From an uncultured Actinomycetota bacterium (GTDB lineage: Bacteria > Actinomycetota > Actinomycetes > Prado026), in the NCBI GenBank assembly GCA_963771835.1, contig CAVYVA010000001.1:113047-177046 (forward strand): DNA of 64,000 nt, in the 5' to 3' direction. Positions 22,209-31,163 of this stretch are shown here, piece by piece. Both the position numbers and the translations under genes were made by a program. Below the pieces are notes generated by a model. The model was given only the letters and a program-made list of their open reading frames with translations. It was not told the DNA's origin and made no database searches. Within the stretch, counting starts at the first letter, position 1. Each line of letters starts with the position of its first letter.

Positions 22209-23006
22209 TCAGTCGCGTCCGACCCACAGCGCCCACGCGTACGGCACCGCGACGACTCCCATGGCGATCCCGCCGTACAGGGCCACCCACGGCCGGTGGA
22301 AGAAGAAGGCGTTCGCGAGCACCGAGGACAGGTACGTCCAGAAGAACAGCAGCGCGGGCTGCCCGTCCGGGGCCGGCCGGTGCGGCAGCCGGTCCAGCAC
22401 CGCCATCATCACCACCGCCGTCACCAGCCACCCGAGGTAGTTGACCCCCGGGATGCCCGGCACGTGCGGGAGGGCGTACGCGGTGCTCGTGAAGTGCCAG
22501 AACCCCTCGGCCGTCATCATCGGGTCCAGGAACAGGTCCCAGCCGGCGAGGGCCAGTCCGCCCAGGAGCGGGACGAGCAGCGCGGACCGGCTCAGCCGCC
22601 GGGCCAGCACCAGGGACGGGTAGGCGACCATCGCCCACGCCAGCGGCACCAGCCACGGGACGCCGAGCACCGTCCGGGTCAACGTTCCCGAGTAGACGTA
22701 GTCGCCGAACGGGAGCCCGGTCCGCAGTCCCACCGCCTCGACCAGCAGCCCGCCGCCGACCGTCACCACGCAGAAGCCGGTCGTCCAGGCGAGGCCGCGC
22801 CACACCAGCGCGTGCGACGTGCTGGCGACGAAGAAGGTCACGACGATCGCGACGGTGAGGTCGCGCCGGGCCGTGCCGTGCGCGAGCGGGTAGCAGATCT
22901 GCAGGCCGATCGTCACGGCGGCGAGCAGCCACGGCAGTGCGAGCAGCAGCGGGCTGCGGCCCCGCCGACGGTCGGTGCGCGGACCGGTGTAGACGCGCAG
23001 GCTCAT
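22209..23006 (-). CDS. carotenoid biosynthesis membrane protein (DUF422/CruF-like, putative carotenoid 1',2'-hydratase)
   Basis: 265-aa polytopic membrane protein; resembles DUF422 proteins found next to carotenoid glycosyltransferases; intact frame. Confidence 0.55.
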   Translation of the reverse strand: MSLRVYTGPRTDRRRGRSPLLLALPWLLAAVTIGLQICYPLAHGTARRDLTVAIVVTFFVASTSHALVWRGLAWTTGFCVVTVGGGLLVEAVGLRTGLPFGDYVYSGTLTRTVLGVPWLVPLAWAMVAYPSLVLARRLSRSALLVPLLGGLALAGWDLFLDPMMTAEGFWHFTSTAYALPHVPGIPGVNYLGWLVTAVVMMAVLDRLPHRPAPDGQPALLFFWTYLSSVLANAFFFHRPWVALYGGIAMGVVAVPYAWALWVGRD

Positions 23007-23078
23007 GGGACCGGCGCTGCGATGGGCAGGGCGGCCCGCACTGGCGTCCGGCGGGGCTGGTCGGGCACGGGCGTCAGC

Positions 23079-23807
23079 CTAGGTGACGCCCGCGACCTCG
23101 ATGCCGCCGAAGGAGCCCTGCGCCTCGAGCACGGCCAGGCGGGCGAAGAGCTCTTCGCCGTACCAGCCGACGCTGGCCGTCCGCCGGATGGCCTCCAGGT
23201 GCTCGGGCGACTCGTACGCGAACGAGCGCAGGGCCGCGGGGGAGTCCCACAGCGAGAACGTGCCCTGCAGCCCGACCGGTGCCTCGCCGATCCCCAGGGC
23301 GAGCCGCAGGCCGGGCGACCCGGCCAGGCGTGCGCTCACCGGCGGCACGGCGCGCCAGAACGTGACCGCCCGGCCCGGGCGCAGTCTGGCCCTGGTCACC
23401 GCGGCGACGGGTCCCTCGTACGGCTGCGGCTGCGGGTCGCCGAACGGGGCGCGGCCGGACCAGCGGCCCTTGCTGGCCAGCGGGCGCATCAGCAGCCGCA
23501 GGCGTTCGCCGCCCCGGGCCGCGTCCGCGCGCGCGTCCCACCCGCGTGCGACCGGCGAGCGCTCGAACGCTTCGACCGCCCGCGGGTCCGACCAGCAGGC
23601 CAGCAGCGCCCAGTGCCGCGGGTCCGCGTCGCGGACGGTGAACGTGCGGCCGTCCCCGGTGCCGAGCAGCTTGAAGAAGGTGAGGTTCGCGGACCTGCTG
23701 ACGGCGCGCCGTCCGAACGCCATCGCGGTCACCGCCGACGGCACCGTGCGCGCCGGGACCCCCCACACGTGCAGCGTCACCAGCTCGGGGACGAGGTCGA
23801 CGGTCAC
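23079..23807 (-). CDS. CrtA-like (spheroidene-monooxygenase family) protein
   Basis: 242-aa soluble protein (MTVDLVPELVTLHVWGVPARTVPSAVTAMAF...FFKLLGTGDGRTF...) resembling actinobacterial proteins annotated as spheroidene monooxygenase; adjacent to carotenoid genes. Family assignment from memory, not verified. Confidence 0.4.
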   Translation of the reverse strand: MTVDLVPELVTLHVWGVPARTVPSAVTAMAFGRRAVSRSANLTFFKLLGTGDGRTFTVRDADPRHWALLACWSDPRAVEAFERSPVARGWDARADAARGGERLRLLMRPLASKGRWSGRAPFGDPQPQPYEGPVAAVTRARLRPGRAVTFWRAVPPVSARLAGSPGLRLALGIGEAPVGLQGTFSLWDSPAALRSFAYESPEHLEAIRRTASVGWYGEELFARLAVLEAQGSFGGIEVAGVT

Positions 23808-23811
23808 CGGT

Positions 23812-24285
23812 TCAGCCGACTTCGGCGGAGGTCCCGGCGGTGATGCGCAGCAGCTCGTCGTACGTCGTGGGGAAGACCGTGTGCGGGTGGCCGGCCGCGG
23901 CCCAGACGACGTCGTACCTGGCGAGCGCGACGTCGACGATCGTGCGCAGCGGTCGCAGGTGGCCGACGGGGGCGACGCCGCCGATCGCCATCCCGGTGTG
24001 CTTGCGCACGAAGTCCGCGTCGGCGCGGCCCAGCCGCTGCACGCCGAGGAGGTCGGCGACCCGGCTCGTGTCGACCCGGTGGGCGCCGGAGGTCATGACC
24101 AGCAGGGGGTGCCCGTCGGCGTCGAACACCAGCGAGTTGGCGATGGCGCCGACGTCGCAGCCGAGCTGGGCGGCGGCGGTGGCCGCGGTGGGCGCCGGGT
24201 CGGCCAGCACGACCGGCTCGCCCGTGGCGCCGGCCGCCCGCAGGGCCTGCGCGACCCTGCGGACGGTGGGGTGGTCCAGCGACAT
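23812..24285 (-). CDS. ybaK: YbaK/ProX-family aminoacyl-tRNA deacylase (Cys-tRNA(Pro) deacylase-like)
   Basis: 157 aa; central LLVMTSGAHRVDTSRVADLLG and C-terminal GHPHTVFPTTYDEL segments match the YbaK/ProX deacylase fold. Confidence 0.7.
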   Translation of the reverse strand: MSLDHPTVRRVAQALRAAGATGEPVVLADPAPTAATAAAQLGCDVGAIANSLVFDADGHPLLVMTSGAHRVDTSRVADLLGVQRLGRADADFVRKHTGMAIGGVAPVGHLRPLRTIVDVALARYDVVWAAAGHPHTVFPTTYDELLRITAGTSAEVG

Positions 24286-24365
24286 GGCGGGAGGTTAGCG
24301 CTCCGTCAACAGGTCTTCGCGAGGTCTTGACGGGCTGTCGGAGGAGGGCGGTACTGTGACGGCCT

Positions 24366-24385
24366 GTTCGAACACCTGTTCGAAC
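24366..24385 (+). promoter_or_regulatory. LexA/SOS box (TCGAAC-N4-GTTCGA)
   Basis: Sequence tTCGAACacctGTTCGAAc is a perfect match to the actinobacterial/Gram-positive LexA operator consensus (GAAC-N4-GTTC core); located in an AT-richer stretch upstream of the dnaE2 operon. Confidence 0.7.
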
Positions 24386-24635
24386 GACACAGGAAAGAAT
24401 CTAAGGAAGAGCAAGAAGATCCCGGTTCGGGTCTCGCGGCCCGGACGGGATCCCGGAGCCCCGTCCGGGGCCGTGGACCTCGACCCCCACGGTCCCGGAC
24501 GGAACCGTCGGCCCCGGGACGGGCGTGGGGAAGCGCCGGTCCCGGGGGCCGGCCCTCCGGCTGGTCGTCCGTCTTCCCCCGGCGACCTGGTGCGGGCGTC
24601 CGCCCGCACCCGGACCGAGGCAGGAGGGTGGACCA

Positions 24636-24949
24636 CGATGTCCCGGCAGTACGACCACCCGGTGCGCGACGTCGTCGACGTGCGGCGCGGACGCGACGGC
24701 ACCGGACCCAGCCAGTTCCTGTGGCGGGGGCGGCTCTATGTCGTGCGCGGGGTGCTCGCGCACTGGGTCGAGGTCGGCGCCTGGTGGCGGTCCAGGCTCC
24801 CGGACGGGCTCCCGGCCCGGGTCGACGAGCACGGCCGCGAGGTCTGGCGGGTGGAGGCGCACGCCGGCCGTACGAGCTCCGCCGGCGTCTACGACCTGGC
24901 TTACGACGAGGCGGCGGCGTCCTGGACGCTCGCCCGGGCCCATGACTGA
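24636..24949 (+). CDS. small conserved protein of unknown function (DUF6504-like) preceding dnaE2
   Basis: 104-aa ORF (MSRQYDHPVRDVVDVRRGRDG...FLWRGRLYVVRGVLAHWVEVGAWW...) in same orientation as, and 12 bp upstream of, the HEPN-like gene; start chosen downstream of the SOS box. Confidence 0.45.
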
Positions 24950-24960
24950 GAGGGGAACGA

Positions 24961-25394
24961 TGCCTGTCGAACAGGCCCGGCGCAGTCCGGGTGCACCGGT
25001 GCCTGCTGCCTGCCACGAGCTGCTCGAGGTCGCCCGGCACGGGTTGGCCGAGGCCACCACGGCCCGGACCGCCGCCGAACGCTATGCCGCCGCGCACCTG
25101 GCGGCCCTGCGCGCCGCGGCCGCGGTGCTGGCCTGCCGGGTCCGTCCGGGCAGTGGCCGGCGCGGACCGCGCAGCGTCTGGGTGGTGCTGCCGGAAGTGG
25201 CCCCGGAGCTGGGGGAGTGGGCTGCGTTCTTCGCGGCCGGCGCCGGCAAACGGGCCGCCGCCGAGGCCGGGCTGCCGAGCGCGGTGACCGTCCGCGAGGC
25301 CGACGACCTCCTGCGCGACGCCGCCTCGTTCCTGGCCCTCGTCGAGGCCACGCTGGGCCTGCCGCACCAGTCCGCCTTCCCGCTCGTCGGCTGA
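24961..25394 (+). CDS. SAV_6107-family HEPN-like domain protein
   Basis: 144-aa Ala-rich helical protein (ELLEVARHGLAEATTARTAAERYAAAHLAALRAAAAVLA...SVWVVLPEVAPELGEWAAFFAAGAGKRAAAEAG...TVREADDLLRDAASFLALVE) matching the family typically found just upstream of actinobacterial dnaE2. Assignment from memory. Confidence 0.45.
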
Positions 25395-25444
25395 TCCCGC
25401 GTCGTCCAGCGGCCGCGACCCTCACCGCCACCGGCCAGCCGACC

Positions 25445-28400
25445 GTGCCCACCGACCCCTTCGCCCATCTGCACGTCGCCTCCGGGTACTCGCTGCGCTA
25501 CGGCGCCAGCCATCCGCAGGCTCTGGTGACGCGTGCGGCCGAGCACGGTCAGGAGGTGCTCGCCCTGACCGATCGCGACGGCCTCTACGGTGCGGTGAAG
25601 TTCGCGAAGGCCTGCATCACGGCCGGGGTGCACCCCGTCTTCGGGGTCGACCTCGCCCTGGCCCCGAGCGGTGCGCTCGACGGGCTGGGTCCGTCCGGCC
25701 CGGCCTCGGCCCGGTCGGGCGGGCGCGGCGGCTCCGGGGCGGGGACCCGCCGGACACCCGTGCGCGGCGGCAGCTCGGTCGACCCCCGGCATGCCCGGGT
25801 GCTCGTCCTCGCCCGGGGGAAGGCCGGCTGGGCCGCCCTCAACCGGCTGGTCTCGGCGACCCATCTCGGGGGTGAGCGCGGCCGGCCGGTCGCGACTGTC
25901 GCCCAGGTCGCCGAGCACGCGGCCGGCGGCGACCTGACGATCCTGCTCGGTCCCTCCGGCGAGCTCGGGCGCGCGCTCGCCGTGCGTCGACCCGACATCG
26001 CCCGCACGGTGCTGGACACCTGGCGGGCGGTGGTCGACCCGCACCAGCTCGTCGTCGAGATCGTGTGCCACTACGGCGCGGCCGACGGTGACCCCGCCGC
26101 CCTGTCGAGCGCGCTCGCTGCCCGCATGCTCGGCTTCGCCCGCGACCACGGCGTGACCGCGGTGCTCTCCAACGCCGTCCGGTACGCCGACCGCGACCAG
26201 GCCGTCACCGCCGACATCCTGGACGCCTCGCGCCGGCTGGTCGCGCTCGACCTGCGCCACGTCGACCGGCCCAACGCCGAGGGGCACCTGAAGTCCGGCC
26301 CGCAGATGGCCGAGGTCGCGGCCGAGGTGAGCCGTCTCGCCGGCACCGGCGCCGGGTCCGGGACCGGGTCGGGCCGGGCGGCGTCCGACCTGCTGCTGGA
26401 AGCCACCCGGGTGCTCGCGCAGCGATGCGTCCTCGACCCGTACGCCGACCTCGGGCTCGGCTCGGTGTTCCTGCCCGAGCTGGAGGTCGTCGACCCGGCC
26501 GCCGCCACCGGTCCGGCCGGCCGGGCGCAGGCGTTGCTGCGGCAGCGCTGCGAGGACGGGCTCGGCCGCCGGTACGGTCCGGCTCCCGGTCGGCGGGTCC
26601 TGGACCGTCTCGACGAAGAGCTCGCCGTGGTCGCCCGGCTCGGCTACGCCACGTACTTCCTCACCGTCGCCGAGGTGGTCGACCTCATCCGCTCCATGCA
26701 GGTCCGGGTCGCCGCCCGTGGCTCCGGCGCTGGCAGCCTGGTCAACTACCTGCTCGGCATCAGCGGGGTCGACCCGCTCGCGCACGGGTTGCTGATGGAA
26801 CGGTTCCTGTCCCCGTTGCGGCAGGCGCTGCCGGACATCGATGTCGACGTCGAGTCCGCCCGCCGCAGCGAGGTGTACGAGCGGATCCTCCAGCGCTTCG
26901 GCGGCGACCGGTGCGCGTGCGTGTCGATGATGGACACCTACCGGGTGCGGCACGCCGTCCGCGACGTCGGCGCAGCGCTGGGCCTGCCGCCCGGCGAGGT
27001 CGACGCGCTGGCCAAGGCGTTCCCGCACATCCGGGCCCGCGACGCGCGGGCCGCGCTCGCCGACCTGCCCGAGCTGCGGGCCAGTCGCATCGGCTCGTCC
27101 GGGCTGGACCGCATGTTCGCTCTCGTGGAGCGGCTGGACGGCCTGCCCCGGCACGTCGCGCTGCACCCGTGCGGGGTGCTGCTGTCCGACCTCACCCTGC
27201 TCGACCGCACACCGGTCGAGGCGAGCTGGCTGGGGTTCCCGATGAGCCAGTTCGACAAGGACGACGTCGAAGACCTCGGTCTGCTCAAGCTCGACGTGCT
27301 GGGCATCCGCATGCAGTCGTCGATGGCCCAGGCGGTGCAGGAGGTCCAGCGGGTGGACGGCGTGCTGGTCGACCTCGACGCGATCCCGCTCGACGACGGG
27401 GCGACCTTCGAGCTGATCCGTTCGACGCACACGCTCGGTTGCTTCCAGATCGAGTCGCCCGGTCAGCGCGAGCTGGTCGGCAAGTTCGGCCCCGAGACCT
27501 TCGACGACCTGATCACCGACATCTCGTTGTTCCGGCCGGGTCCGGTCAAGTCCGACATGGTCACCCCGTTCCTGCGTGCCCGGCAGGGATGGGAACCGGC
27601 GCAGTACTTCCACCCCGACCTCGAGCCGGCACTGGCCGAGACCTACGGCGTGGTGGTGTTCCACGAGCAGGTGCTGAAGATCCTGAACGTGATGACCGGC
27701 TGCACGCTGGCCGAGGCGGACGAGGTGCGCCGCTCGCTCGGCTCGCCGGACACCCAGCCCGAGGTCCGCGAGTGGTTCTACCCGCGCGCGCTCGCGCAGG
27801 GCTATCCGCTCGGCCTGGTCGAGAAGATCTGGTCGGTGCTGCGCGAGTTCGCCTCGTTCGGGTTCTGCAAGGCGCACGCGGCCGCGTTCGCGCTCCCGAC
27901 GTACCACTCGGCCTGGCTGAAGGCGCACCACCCGGCGGCGTTCCTGGCCGGGGTGCTCACCCACGACCCGGGCATGTACCCCAAGCGGCTGATCCTCGAC
28001 GACGCCCGCCAGCTCGGGATCAGCGTGCTGCCGCTGGACGTCAACGCCTCCGACGCCCAGTACCGGGTGGAGCGGGTCGGCCGTCACGACGAGCCGCCAC
28101 CGGGCATCCTCGGCAGCCCGCCGCGCCCGGCCCCCGAGCCGGGCAGCGGGCTGCCCGACGGCCGCGCCTACGGCATCCGGCTCGCGCTGTCCGACGTCAA
28201 GGGCATGAGCTCGGCCGAGGTCGCCAGGGTGGTCGCCGGCCGGCCGTACTCCACGCTGTCGGACTTCTGGCACCGGGCCCGGGTGTCGCGGCCGGTGGTC
28301 GAGCGGCTGGTCGTGGCCGGGGCGTTCGACTCGCTGTACGGCATCGGCTCACCGGTCCCGGTCCGGCGGCGCGGCCAGGTGACCCGCCGAGACCTGCTGC

Positions 28401-29338
28401 TGCAGGTGGCGGACCTGGACCGGTGGGACCGTCCGGCCGGGCGCCGGTCCCGGATCGTCCCCGGCGCACGGGACGAGGCCGACCCGCACGCCACGCCCGG
28501 GGCCGCCGTCGTCGCGGCCGCGGCCAGGCAGTCGCAGGCCCCGGCGCGGGTGCGCGCCCCGGACGTGCAGCTCGCGCTCGACCTGGGCCCGGAGGAGACC
28601 GGGACCCGGTCCGGGCTGCCGGAGATGACCGGGGCGGAACGGGTCAGGGCCGAGCTCGACGTGCTCGGGCTGGACGCCAGCCGGCACGTCGTCGACTTCT
28701 ACGACCCGGTGCTCGAGGTCCTGGGGGTGACCCGCTCGCGTGAGCTGCTGCGCAGCCGCAGCCGGTCCGAGGTGATGGTTGCCGGGGTGAAGGTCGCCAC
28801 CCAGACCCCGCCGATCCGCTCCGGGCGGCGGGTCGTGTTCCTGACCCTCGACGACGCCACCGGCCCGGTCGACGCCACCTTCTTCGAGGACGCCCAGGGC
28901 CCTTACGCCGCAACGGTCTTCCACTCGTGGCTGCTGGTGGTCCGGGGCTACGTACGGCGGACGGGACCGCGGGGGGTCAGCGTGCGGGCCACCGGCGCGT
29001 GGGAGCTGTCCGCCCTGTTCGCCGCATGGGAGAGCGGGGGACCGGACGCCGTGTGGGCGGTCGTGACCGCACCGGTGCCTGAGCTGGACGCCGCGGGCCT
29101 GGAGCGGGCGGTCGAGGGCGCGGCCGGGTCCCGATCCACCCGTCCGGTCGTGGCGCCGGTGCCGGGGGGCGGCGACGGCACCAGGGCGGGCGGCATGGGC
29201 CAGCGACGTGTCCTGGTGCACCCGAGCGGTTTCCGGATGTCCCCGTACGCCGATGTCGGCACCCCCGGCGAGGACGTCAAGAAGGGCACCCCGCCACGCA
29301 AGCTGTGGCACTCCAGCCCGGGCAGCTCGGGGGCATGA
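25445..29338 (+). CDS. dnaE2: error-prone DNA polymerase III alpha subunit DnaE2 (ImuC)
   Basis: N-terminal PHP domain (FAHLHVASGYSLRYGASHPQALV...LALTDRDGLYGAVKF); polymerase core (GFCKAHAAAFALPTYHSAWLKAHHPAAF; FHEQVLKIL; HPCGVLLS); OB-fold; no exonuclease/tau-binding region; intact single frame of ~1298 aa. Confidence 0.9.
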   Translation: MPTDPFAHLHVASGYSLRYGASHPQALVTRAAEHGQEVLALTDRDGLYGAVKFAKACITAGVHPVFGVDLALAPSGALDGLGPSGPASARSGGRGGSGAGTRRTPVRGGSSVDPRHARVLVLARGKAGWAALNRLVSATHLGGERGRPVATVAQVAEHAAGGDLTILLGPSGELGRALAVRRPDIARTVLDTWRAVVDPHQLVVEIVCHYGAADGDPAALSSALAARMLGFARDHGVTAVLSNAVRYADRDQAVTADILDASRRLVALDLRHVDRPNAEGHLKSGPQMAEVAAEVSRLAGTGAGSGTGSGRAASDLLLEATRVLAQRCVLDPYADLGLGSVFLPELEVVDPAAATGPAGRAQALLRQRCEDGLGRRYGPAPGRRVLDRLDEELAVVARLGYATYFLTVAEVVDLIRSMQVRVAARGSGAGSLVNYLLGISGVDPLAHGLLMERFLSPLRQALPDIDVDVESARRSEVYERILQRFGGDRCACVSMMDTYRVRHAVRDVGAALGLPPGEVDALAKAFPHIRARDARAALADLPELRASRIGSSGLDRMFALVERLDGLPRHVALHPCGVLLSDLTLLDRTPVEASWLGFPMSQFDKDDVEDLGLLKLDVLGIRMQSSMAQAVQEVQRVDGVLVDLDAIPLDDGATFELIRSTHTLGCFQIESPGQRELVGKFGPETFDDLITDISLFRPGPVKSDMVTPFLRARQGWEPAQYFHPDLEPALAETYGVVVFHEQVLKILNVMTGCTLAEADEVRRSLGSPDTQPEVREWFYPRALAQGYPLGLVEKIWSVLREFASFGFCKAHAAAFALPTYHSAWLKAHHPAAFLAGVLTHDPGMYPKRLILDDARQLGISVLPLDVNASDAQYRVERVGRHDEPPPGILGSPPRPAPEPGSGLPDGRAYGIRLALSDVKGMSSAEVARVVAGRPYSTLSDFWHRARVSRPVVERLVVAGAFDSLYGIGSPVPVRRRGQVTRRDLLLQVADLDRWDRPAGRRSRIVPGARDEADPHATPGAAVVAAAARQSQAPARVRAPDVQLALDLGPEETGTRSGLPEMTGAERVRAELDVLGLDASRHVVDFYDPVLEVLGVTRSRELLRSRSRSEVMVAGVKVATQTPPIRSGRRVVFLTLDDATGPVDATFFEDAQGPYAATVFHSWLLVVRGYVRRTGPRGVSVRATGAWELSALFAAWESGGPDAVWAVVTAPVPELDAAGLERAVEGAAGSRSTRPVVAPVPGGGDGTRAGGMGQRRVLVHPSGFRMSPYADVGTPGEDVKKGTPPRKLWHSSPGSSGA

Positions 29339-29383
29339 TGACCGGCATGCCGTCGACGGGTGCCTCGAGGACGGGCGGGCCGT

Positions 29384-30641
29384 GAGCCGCAGCCAGCTGC
29401 ACCGCCCGGGCGAGCCGCAGCGCGGGCAGGGCGACGACACCGGGTGCACCGTCCTGCATGTCGACATGGACGCGTTCTACGCGTCCGTGTCGCTGCTGGA
29501 CCGGCCCGACCTGCGGGGCACGCCGGTGATCGTCGGCGGTGGTGGCAACCGCGGCGTCGTGCTGTCCGCCACCTACGAGGCGCGCCGGTTCGGCGTGCAC
29601 TCGGCGATGCCCATGACCAGGGCCAGGCGGATGTGCCCGCAGGCCACGGTGATCGAGCCCGACCACGCCCGCTACTCCCGGGTCTCCGCCGGAGTCATGG
29701 AGATCTTCCGCGACATCACCCCGATGGTCGAGCCGCTGTCGCTGGACGAGGCCTTCCTCGACGTGGCCGGATCCGTGCGCCGTCTGGGTCCGCCGGCGGC
29801 GGTCGGCGAGCTGATCCGCGCCCGGGTCCACGACGAGCAGGGGATCACCTGCTCGGTCGGGGTGGCGACGACCAAGTTCGTCGCGAAGCTCGCGTCGACC
29901 AGGGCCAAGCCGGACGGCCTGCTGGTCGTCCCGCAGCAGCACGTCGTCGAGTTCCTGCACCCGTTGCCGGTCGGGGCGCTGTGGGGGGTCGGGCAGCGGA
30001 CGGAGGAACAGCTGACCCGGCTCGGTCTGCGCACGGTGGGCGACCTCGCCCAGACCCCGGTCGCGACGCTCGAACGGGCCCTCGGGACGGCGGCCGGCCG
30101 GCACCTGGCCGACCTGGCCTGGGGGCGGGACCCGCGGTCGGTGGTCCCGCACGAGCCGGACAAGTCCGTCGGAGCCGAGGAGACCTTCGGGACCGACGTG
30201 GACGACCCGCAGGTGGTCCGCCGGGAGCTGCTGCGGCTGTCCGAGCGGGTCGGCTCCCGGTTGCGAGCCCAGGGCTACCGAGGGCGGACGGTTTCGATCA
30301 AGGTCCGCTTCGCCGACTTCACGACGATCACCCGCTCCAGGACGCTGCGCGACCCCACCGACGTGAGCCGGGAGATCTACTCGACGGCGCTGGGCCTGTA
30401 CGAGGCCCTGGGTCTGGACCGGGCCAGGCTGCGCCTCGTCGGGGTCCGGGTCGAGGGTCTCCTGGACTCCGACGTCGCCGAGGAGCAGCTGGTCCTGGGC
30501 GCCCCGGAGCACGGCTGGCGGGACGCGGACGCCGCCGTCGACCGGGCCGCCCGGCGGTTCGGCCGGGGCGCGGTGCGCCCGGCCACCCTGGTCCGGCGGG
30601 ACTCCGACGGCACTGTTCACCGGGCAGGTGCCGGACCGTGA
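29384..30641 (+). CDS. dinB: DNA polymerase IV (Y-family, DinB)
   Basis: ILHVDMDAFYASV, SLDEAFLDV, GITCSVGVATTKFVAKLAS, ALWGVG motifs; overlaps dnaE2 3' end (operon). Confidence 0.9.
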
Positions 30642-30708
30642 CCGCGACGTTTCCTTCAGTCGGGTTTCCCCGGAACCGATGCCTGCTTATGCTGGTCGGG
30701 TCGACACC

Positions 30709-30726
30709 GGTCACCGGGGGGTGACC
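30709..30726. other. inverted repeat GGTCACC-gggg-GGTGACC between dinB stop and DUF3040 RBS
   Basis: Read from sequence; 7-bp perfect arms; possible terminator or operator. Confidence 0.3.
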
Positions 30727-30743
30727 ACCCGCTAGGAGGAGTC

Positions 30744-31148
30744 GTGCCGCTCTCCGAGCACGAGCAGCGTCTGCTCGAGCAGATGGAGCGGGCGCTGTAC
30801 GCCGAGGACCCGAAGTTCGCATCCGCGCTCCGGGGCCACGACCTGCGCGGCCGCTACCGCCGTCGTGCCGTGCTGGGCGGGTTCGGTGTCATCGTCGGCC
30901 TCGCGCTGCTGCCTGTGGGCATCGCCAGCCAGGCCGTCCTGCTCAGCGTCCTCGGCTTCCTGGTGATGCTCGGCTCAGCCTTCTTCGCCGTCAGCTCGTG
31001 GCGGCGCGCGCCTGCGCCCGGCGAGGCGATCGTGGCCCAGCCGTCGGGTGGGCGCGGCCGCAAGAACAAGTCCAAGGCGCCGAAGCCGAAGATGATGGAC
31101 CGCCTCGAGGAGCGCTGGCGCCGTCGTCGCGAGGGCGACGGCCGCTGA
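30744..31148 (+). CDS. DUF3040-family membrane protein (Rv2169c-like)
   Basis: GTG start after AGGAGG; MPLSEHEQRLLEQMERALYAEDPKFASAL...two TM helices...basic tail; conserved position next to dcw cluster in actinobacteria. Confidence 0.8.
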   Translation: MPLSEHEQRLLEQMERALYAEDPKFASALRGHDLRGRYRRRAVLGGFGVIVGLALLPVGIASQAVLLSVLGFLVMLGSAFFAVSSWRRAPAPGEAIVAQPSGGRGRKNKSKAPKPKMMDRLEERWRRRREGDGR

Positions 31149-31163
31149 GCCGCCGCCGGCGGG

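Noticed and set aside
24356-24635. Longer start (ATG 24356) for the first gene of the dnaE2 operon
   Set aside because: That start would place the LexA operator inside the coding sequence and yields a Pro/Gly/Arg-rich N-terminus without conservation; the downstream ATG at 24636 is preferred, leaving a ~250-nt leader.
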